DNA from: Planctomycetota bacterium
GTDB taxonomy: Bacteria > Planctomycetota > UBA1135 > UBA2386
DNA: 64,000 nt
Direction of reading: 5' to 3'
NCBI GenBank assembly: GCA_965228735.1
Contig: OZ245838.1
Span: forward strand, 6,432,001 to 6,496,000
Position 1 is the first letter of the stretch. The number at the start of each line of letters is the position of its first letter. Below, in pieces: positions 57,889 to 64,000 of the stretch. The translations under genes were made by a program, and so were the position numbers. The notes under the pieces were generated by a model. That model had not been told where the DNA came from. It saw only the letters and a program-made list of their open reading frames with translations, and ran no database searches.

Positions 57889-59199
57889 TCAGCGCAGCTG
57901 CAGCCGCGCGACGCTCTCGACGTGATAGGTCTGCGGGAACATGTCGTAGGCCTCCACGCGTTCGACGTCGTAGCCGCCGTCGTGCAGCACGCGCAGGTCG
58001 CGCGCGAGCGTCTGCGGGTCGCACGACACGTAGACGATTCGCTGTGGCTGCAGCTGCAGCAGCGCCGGCAAGGCTGGCTTCGCGCCGACCCGCGGCGGGT
58101 CCATCATCACGAGGTCGGGGCGTTCGCGGTTCTTCTGCAGGAACTGCTCCGTCGTCGCGCGCACGTAGGCGACGTTGCGCTGCTCGTTGATCCTGGCGTT
58201 GACGCGGCCGAACGTCGCGGCCCGCCGTTCGTCCTCGACGGCGACCACGCGCTCGTAGCGATCGCCGAGCGGCAGCGACAGCAGGCCGACGCCGGCATAG
58301 AGGTCGAAGGCGAGCCCGCCCTCGAGCCCGTCGACGGCGCCCTGCACGAGCTGCTCGACGAGGTGGCGGTTGCCCTGGAAGAAGCTGTCGGGCTCGATGA
58401 GGTAGCGGAAGCGACCGACGCGGTGTTCGACGAGGTCCTTCGGCATCCCCGGCAGATCGGGCGACCACGACGCGCCGTCGCTGCCGCACGCACCCTCGAC
58501 CTGATACGGCAGGTCGCGCTGCGCGAGCGGCGCGAGCACGCGGCGGACGTCGTGCATGCCCTGCTCGAGTTCGGGCGCGAGCACGGGGCACTGCGCGACG
58601 TCGATGACCGAGTGGCTGAACGCGCGATGGAAGCCGAGGACCGGCGGATCGCCGGGCTTGCGCGGCGGTGTCGCGGCCCGTTCCGCCGCGTCCTGTTTCG
58701 CCTGGTCAGGCCGCTCGTTCTTGCGCAACCGCCCGTGCTTGCCGTCGCGCCGCTTGCCCGAGGTCGCGCGCAGCTTGAGCTGTGTGCGCGAGCGGTAGCC
58801 CCACGGCTCGGCGTGGTGCACGACGACCGGCGCCGGCCAATCGAAGCCGCCGGTCCTGACCAGCGCGTCGCGCACGAACTCGCCCTTCTGCTCGACCTGC
58901 ACCGCGTAGTCGACGTGCTGATACTGGCAGCCGCCGCAGTCGCCGAAGTGCTGGCAGCGCGGCTCCACGCGACCCGGCCCCGGTTCGAGCACCTCGACGA
59001 TCGCCGCCTTCACGAACGTCTTCTCCCGCTCCGTGACCTCGACCCGCAGCACGTCCCCGGGCGCCGCGAACGGCACGAACACGACGATGCCGTCCGGATT
59101 GCCGCGTTGCCGCGCGACGGCGCGGCCCCCGAACGCGAGGCGTTCGACCTGGACTTCGAGGGTCTCGCCCACGGCGGGGGCAGTCGGTGGCGCTGTCAT
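57889..59199 (-). CDS. rlmD: RlmD/TrmA-family RNA m5U methyltransferase with TRAM domain and 4Fe-4S motif
   Basis: VFVPFAAPGD, CQHFGDCGGCQYQH, SFFQGN, DLYAGVG, DPPRVG, YVSCDPQTLARD, DMFPQTYHVE. Confidence 0.85.
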   Translation of the reverse strand: MTAPPTAPAVGETLEVQVERLAFGGRAVARQRGNPDGIVVFVPFAAPGDVLRVEVTEREKTFVKAAIVEVLEPGPGRVEPRCQHFGDCGGCQYQHVDYAVQVEQKGEFVRDALVRTGGFDWPAPVVVHHAEPWGYRSRTQLKLRATSGKRRDGKHGRLRKNERPDQAKQDAAERAATPPRKPGDPPVLGFHRAFSHSVIDVAQCPVLAPELEQGMHDVRRVLAPLAQRDLPYQVEGACGSDGASWSPDLPGMPKDLVEHRVGRFRYLIEPDSFFQGNRHLVEQLVQGAVDGLEGGLAFDLYAGVGLLSLPLGDRYERVVAVEDERRAATFGRVNARINEQRNVAYVRATTEQFLQKNRERPDLVMMDPPRVGAKPALPALLQLQPQRIVYVSCDPQTLARDLRVLHDGGYDVERVEAYDMFPQTYHVESVARLQLR

Positions 59200-59276
59200 C
59201 GTCGCGGGAGCATACGGCGAGGTCGAGTACTGCGAGGACACGGAGGCGAAACTCGTCGAGGACGGTTTTGCGAGTC

Positions 59277-60191
59277 TCAATCCTTCGCCTTCGCCTGCAG
59301 CCAGATCCCCGCGCTGACGAGCACCAGCGCGACGTAGAACCGGAGCCCCGGCAGGGCTTCGCCCACCAACGCCCCGATGGCGACCGCGCACAGCGGCTGC
59401 ACGTTGATGTAGAGCGCGACGGTCGAGCCATGCGTGTGGCGCAGCGCCCAGTTGTTGATCAGATACGTGAGCACCGTCGCGCACACGACGACGTAGAGCG
59501 CACACCACGCGATCGGCGGCGTGAGCAGCGTGTCGACGTGCTCCGCTTCCACGTGCAGCAGGCCGTAGCTGCTGATGAACAGGCTCGCCCAGGCGAACAT
59601 GATCATCGTCGCGATCCACGGGTCGAGGTTCTTGCCGATGCGGCGCATGAGCACGAGGTGCAGCGCGAACGCCCAGCCGTTGAACATCGTCAGCACGTTG
59701 CCGAGCAGTGTCGCGCCGCCTTCGGTCGCGTTCGACTCCGGCTCGCCGAACAGCAGGTCGTCCAGGCCGAGGAGATAGAGCACGCCGGTGACCGCGAGGC
59801 CGATCGCCAGGAGGCGGCGCGGGCCGATGCGTTCTTGCCCCGCGAGCCACGCGAAGAGCAGGGTCCAGACCGGGATGCCGACGTTGATCACCGAGCTGTG
59901 CGCGGGCGTCGTCCGTTCGAGGCCCTCGAAGAACAGGACCTGGTTGAGCGCGACCCCGAAGAACGCCGCGACGCCGAGCCAGAGGATGGTCCGGCGTTCG
60001 GGCAGCGCGCGCTTCTGGCGCAGCAGCCAGGCGATCGGCACGAGCAGCGCGGTCGCCGCGAGGATGCGGAACATCGCCCAAGAGCCCGCTGGCACGGCGC
60101 CCAGGACCTTCTTGCTGAAGACGTAGTGGCCGCCGAACAGCACCGACACGGTGAGCAGGGCGAGGTGGACGCGGACGGGGGACGGGGGCAC
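59277..60191 (-). CDS. DMT/EamA-family transporter
   Basis: About 10 TMs in two EamA repeats (GLERTTPAHSS, GQERIG, YINVQP, GEALP). Start placed at GTG 60191. Confidence 0.88.
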   Translation of the reverse strand: MPPSPVRVHLALLTVSVLFGGHYVFSKKVLGAVPAGSWAMFRILAATALLVPIAWLLRQKRALPERRTILWLGVAAFFGVALNQVLFFEGLERTTPAHSSVINVGIPVWTLLFAWLAGQERIGPRRLLAIGLAVTGVLYLLGLDDLLFGEPESNATEGGATLLGNVLTMFNGWAFALHLVLMRRIGKNLDPWIATMIMFAWASLFISSYGLLHVEAEHVDTLLTPPIAWCALYVVVCATVLTYLINNWALRHTHGSTVALYINVQPLCAVAIGALVGEALPGLRFYVALVLVSAGIWLQAKAKD

Positions 60192-60359
60192 GGCGGGCGC
60201 AGGATCGTGACGGCCCGGGGCGGCGATACAACCGACGAATCCGGGATCGGGGTTGCTGGACCACGACATCGCGGGCGGCCCTCGATATCATCCGCGGCCC
60301 CCCCAACCCTGCATTCGGCCCGACCCCTCGTCGAATGCCATAAGAGGTCGCCCGCCCTG

Positions 60360-63275
60360 ATGATCCTCGCAACGAGCCTGTTCTCGCTGACCGTTCTGTG
60401 CCCTGTGGTATCCGCGATGCCGCAGGGTCGCATCAAGCTGCCCGAGCGCGCGCCGCAGCAGGAACCAGCGAACGTTCCGCCGCCGCTGACCGAGATCGAG
60501 CGCTTCCGGCACGACATCGAGGAGCTGGCGCAGTCGCCCGGCCGCGTCGAGCAGCGCCTGCAGTCGATGGCGCTGCAGTACGGCAAGATCAACGACCTCG
60601 TCATCGAGGTCGCGCGCGGCGCCCGGGCGCGCGAGATGACGCATCTGATGCTCGTCGCCCGGCGGTTCGGTGACGGCGACGTCGCGCGCGAGCTGCGCTT
60701 CCAGCTGCTGGCCCGGCGCCTCGGCCGCGCGACCCGCCCGGTCATCGACGCGATGACGTTCCTCATGGGGCCGGAACGCGATCCGGACGACCAGCTCGAC
60801 GAACGGCAGGCGCTGCGCGACGTGATCCGCGGCCGCCAGGCCGGCGCGCGCCGGCCGGCGACCGAAGCGCTCGCGGAGATCGCGACCGCAGCGGACCTGC
60901 CGTTCGCGCTCGAGCTCACGAGTCACCAGAGCCTCGATCTGCGCCTGCGCGGCGTCGACCTGCTCGCGGCCATCGACACTGAAGGCGCGCGCCAGCGCCT
61001 CGTGGAGCTGCTGTCGAAGCCGCCGGCACTCGCGGGTGCCGCGTGCCACGCGCTGATCCAGCTCGGCGAACGCGCCGTGCCGGACCTGCAGGCGATCGTC
61101 GCTGGCCCGCCGATCGATCGCGGGTTCGCCTACGCGGCGTTCGCGCTCGCGGAGATCGGCGACGCGACGGGGCAGCCGCGGATCGATCCGGCGCGCGCGG
61201 ACCTGATCGCCCAGCAGCTGCGCGCGCGCGAGGCGCTGACCCGCAGCCTCGCGGCGATCGCGCTCGCCGATCTCGGGTATCGCGCCGGCAACGGCGAAGG
61301 CACGGTCGCCGAAGGCGTGATCGACGACCGGGCGATCGGCGACGCGCTCGTCGACCTCGTCGACGCGCGCCTGTTCGTGCCCAACCTCGACCTGCTCAAG
61401 TTCCCCGCCGAGCGCCGGCTCACGCGCATGACGGGCCGCGTCGTGCAGGCGGACAGTCCGCTCACGTGGCGGCAGTGGTGGGAGGCCCGCCGCGACGGCT
61501 TCGTCGGCCTGCGCGCCGCGGTCTCGATCGACGCCAGCACCGCCGCGACCGCGGTCGTCACGCTGCGCGCGAAGGGCCCGGCGCTGCGGCTGCTCGCCGA
61601 AGGTCTGACCGAGGTGGCGCCGCTCGAGAACTCGTACGAGGCGTTCCTCACGAGCGAGCAGATGCTCGCACTCGTCGAGGGGCTGCAGCGACTCGGCTTC
61701 GGTGATCCGCGGCTCACGCGCCAGGAGGCCGGTCTGCCGATCGCGCGCTCGCTCGAGGTGCAGGTCGGCCGCGCGCGCGCGTTCGTCGGCGTGCCGGCGG
61801 GCGAGGACCTCGCGTTCGGCGCGCTCGCGGAGCGCGTGGAGGCGGCGCTCGAGTCGCAGCTGTGGCAGCTCTACCGGCACCCCGAGAAGGAGCCGGACCG
61901 CGCCGCGTTCTGGCGCGCCGAGCGCCGCTGGCTGCTGGCCCACGAGAGCCCGGTCGAACGCGGCCAGCGCTTCGCGCGGCGCGTGCTGACCAACTGGACG
62001 ACGTACTCGCCGTGGCTGCAGGCGCGGGCCCTCGAATACCTGTTCGAGCGCGAGGACCGCAAGCTGCTGCTCGGCGAGGCCGAGGGTGATGCCGTGCTCG
62101 CGATCGTGCGCGGCGTGGAAGAGCTGTCGACGCTCGAACTGCGCCTGCTCGAGCTCGCGGCCGGGATCCCCGGCGATCGCATCTGGCGCGAGTGCGTCGC
62201 CGCCGCGGCGACCGCGCCTGGCGGTGGTCGCGAAGCCGTGCGCGCCGTGTTCGCCGTGCTCGGGCCCGAGGCCGTGCTGACCGCGCTCGCCGACGAACGA
62301 CCGGTCGTGCGCCGCGTCGCGATCGACGAGATCGTCGTCGCGCGTGACATGCGCGCCGGCCCCCGGCTCGTCGAGCTCCTCACGGGCGAGAACGAACCCG
62401 CCGAAGTGCGGCGCGCGGCGGCCGAGGCGGCCGGCCAGCTGCGCCTGCCCGCGGCGCAGGATCCGCTCGTGCAGCTGATCATCCAGGCCGAGACCGCGCC
62501 GGCGGTGCGGCGCGCGGCCCTCGTCGCGCTCGGTCGCGTCGGCGGCAAGAACGCGTTCCCCGTGCTCGATCAGGCGCTGCGCGCGCCCGTGCCCGCGGAT
62601 CGCGAAGCCGCGCTGCGCGGCCTCGGTGAGCTGCGCGACCAGCGCGCGGCGCACACGCTCGCCGAGCTCGCGGTCATCGCCAACGGCAAGGACCTCGGCA
62701 ACCTGGCGCGGCTCTACCTCGGCCGCATGGGCGCGCAGCTCGCGGTGCCGGCGCTGCGGCGGCAGGTCAAGACGGCGCAGAACCCGGCGATCCACGACGA
62801 ACTCGTGCTGCTGCTCGGGCGCTACCAGGACGCCGAGACCGTGCCGGCGTTGCTGCCGCTGCTGCGCAACCCGCAGCACGCCGCCGACGCGAAGCTCGCG
62901 CTCATGGGGACGACCGGCCTCGACCTCGAGTCGGCCGACGACCCGTGGAGCATGGTCGAAGCGTGGTGGCGCCGTCACCGCGCCGAACCGCAGTGGCGCT
63001 GGCTGCTCGACGCGCTCGCGGCCGCCGACGTCCCGACCCTGCTGCGGCCGGAGCACTTCCAGCCCGGCGGCATCGAGCCGATCCCCGAGCTCGCGCGCCT
63101 GCTCACCGACCTGCGGCAGCCGCGGCTCTACGTGCTGGCGTCGGCCGTGCTGCGTCAGGTCAGCGGCCAGGACTACGGCGTCGTCGCGATGGCGACGCCC
63201 GCCGAGGCCCGCGCCGGGATCGCCGCGCGTTACCGCGTGCTGTTCGAGACCCGCAAGGCGGCGAAGAACCAGTAG
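60360..63275 (+). CDS. Large secreted HEAT-repeat protein (971 aa)
   Basis: AAGAGGT upstream of ATG, signal-like N-terminus, two HEAT arrays (e.g. EVRRAAAEAAGQL, AVRRAALVALGRVG, DREAALRGLGEL). Confidence 0.8.
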   Translation: MILATSLFSLTVLCPVVSAMPQGRIKLPERAPQQEPANVPPPLTEIERFRHDIEELAQSPGRVEQRLQSMALQYGKINDLVIEVARGARAREMTHLMLVARRFGDGDVARELRFQLLARRLGRATRPVIDAMTFLMGPERDPDDQLDERQALRDVIRGRQAGARRPATEALAEIATAADLPFALELTSHQSLDLRLRGVDLLAAIDTEGARQRLVELLSKPPALAGAACHALIQLGERAVPDLQAIVAGPPIDRGFAYAAFALAEIGDATGQPRIDPARADLIAQQLRAREALTRSLAAIALADLGYRAGNGEGTVAEGVIDDRAIGDALVDLVDARLFVPNLDLLKFPAERRLTRMTGRVVQADSPLTWRQWWEARRDGFVGLRAAVSIDASTAATAVVTLRAKGPALRLLAEGLTEVAPLENSYEAFLTSEQMLALVEGLQRLGFGDPRLTRQEAGLPIARSLEVQVGRARAFVGVPAGEDLAFGALAERVEAALESQLWQLYRHPEKEPDRAAFWRAERRWLLAHESPVERGQRFARRVLTNWTTYSPWLQARALEYLFEREDRKLLLGEAEGDAVLAIVRGVEELSTLELRLLELAAGIPGDRIWRECVAAAATAPGGGREAVRAVFAVLGPEAVLTALADERPVVRRVAIDEIVVARDMRAGPRLVELLTGENEPAEVRRAAAEAAGQLRLPAAQDPLVQLIIQAETAPAVRRAALVALGRVGGKNAFPVLDQALRAPVPADREAALRGLGELRDQRAAHTLAELAVIANGKDLGNLARLYLGRMGAQLAVPALRRQVKTAQNPAIHDELVLLLGRYQDAETVPALLPLLRNPQHAADAKLALMGTTGLDLESADDPWSMVEAWWRRHRAEPQWRWLLDALAAADVPTLLRPEHFQPGGIEPIPELARLLTDLRQPRLYVLASAVLRQVSGQDYGVVAMATPAEARAGIAARYRVLFETRKAAKNQ

Positions 63276-63377
63276 CGGCGGACGGCCGGCGCGCGTCGCC
63301 CGCCAGCGCGGTGTTTGCGGAGTTCTCGCGGCTCGGTATCGTCCGTGCCCTTTCCGACCGCCGAGCCCCCGCCGCCA

Positions 63378-64000
63378 ATGACCGACGTCGTCGCCATCGC
63401 CCAGAAGATCCAGGCCGAGAGCCAGAGCCTGCAGAACGTCCGCGCGGCGCTGCAGAACGTCATCGTCGGCCAGGACGAGCTGCTCGACGGTCTGCTCGTC
63501 GCGCTGCTCGCCGACGGCCACGTGCTGCTCGAGGGCCTGCCCGGGCTCGCGAAGTCGCTTGCCGTGAGTTCGCTCGCGCGCGCCGTCGGCGGCGAGTTCC
63601 GGCGCATCCAGTTCACGCCCGACCTGCTGCCCGCCGACCTCGTCGGCACGCACGTCTACAACCCCAAGACGGGGGAGTGGCAGGTGCGCGAGGGGCCGGT
63701 GTTCGCCAACTTCGTGCTCGCCGACGAGATCAACCGCGCGCCGGCGAAGGTGCAGTCGGCGCTGCTCGAGGCGATGCAGGAGCGCCAGGTCACGCTCGCC
63801 GGCGACACGCGTCGGCTGCCCGATCCCTTCCTCGTCCTCGCGACGCAGAACCCGGTCGAGCAGGAGGGCACCTACGCGCTGCCCGAGGCGCAGGTCGACC
63901 GCTTCATGGTCAAGCTCGTCGTCGGCTACCCGAGCAAGGCCGAGGAGCTCAAGATCATCGACCGCATGTCGGCGATCTCGGCGTCGACCGACGTCGCGCC
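63378..64000 (+). CDS. moxR: MoxR-family AAA+ ATPase (runs off the window end)
   Basis: Translated by eye: [77 protein letters not shown]. Confidence 0.93.
   Translation, partial: MTDVVAIAQKIQAESQSLQNVRAALQNVIVGQDELLDGLLVALLADGHVLLEGLPGLAKSLAVSSLARAVGGEFRRIQFTPDLLPADLVGTHVYNPKTGEWQVREGPVFANFVLADEINRAPAKVQSALLEAMQERQVTLAGDTRRLPDPFLVLATQNPVEQEGTYALPEAQVDRFMVKLVVGYPSKAEELKIIDRMSAISASTDVA

Noticed and set aside
1..64000. Many long overlapping ORFs (e.g. 2497-5469, 16444-18465, 18243-20825, 36634-39546, 51189-54224, 60288-63653)
   Set aside because: They are shadow frames of real genes in GC-rich DNA: Arg/Ala/Pro-rich, without motifs, and overlapping well-supported CDSs.

Overview
Very GC-rich (roughly 70% by eye), gene-dense bacterial chromosome segment. 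Gene content suggests Planctomycetota (inference): a planctomycete-style Ser/Thr kinase, HEAT-repeat proteins, MoxR, a YtrA-type GntR/ABC operon and a eukaryote-type UDPGP. About 50 real CDSs can be supported; most other ORFs in the track are GC-rich shadow frames. Core and metabolic genes include ftcD, an AceE-type E1, ispG, pap (PPK2), recG, nnrE, an rlmD-like methyltransferase and a partial moxR. No rRNA, tRNA, CRISPR array, integrase or transposase was recognised. The main leads are: (1) a tightly coupled operon of an outer-membrane beta-barrel, a secreted class II cytochrome c / type-1 copper fusion and an orphan sensor kinase, a candidate uncharacterised envelope redox-sensing system; (2) a YtrA-ABC operon extended by an S41 peptidase and a serine hydrolase; (3) a MauG-like diheme enzyme lacking the inter-heme Trp; (4) a hipBA module with four ~40-bp-spaced operator palindromes; (5) a CGAAC-N4-GTTCG palindrome upstream of two neighbouring units; (6) a sigma54 promoter on a small stress-gene cluster; (7) a 103-bp MITE-like inverted repeat; (8) gene relics or frameshifts; (9) signs of widespread leaderless transcription. 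All family calls come from motif recognition by eye, not database searches.
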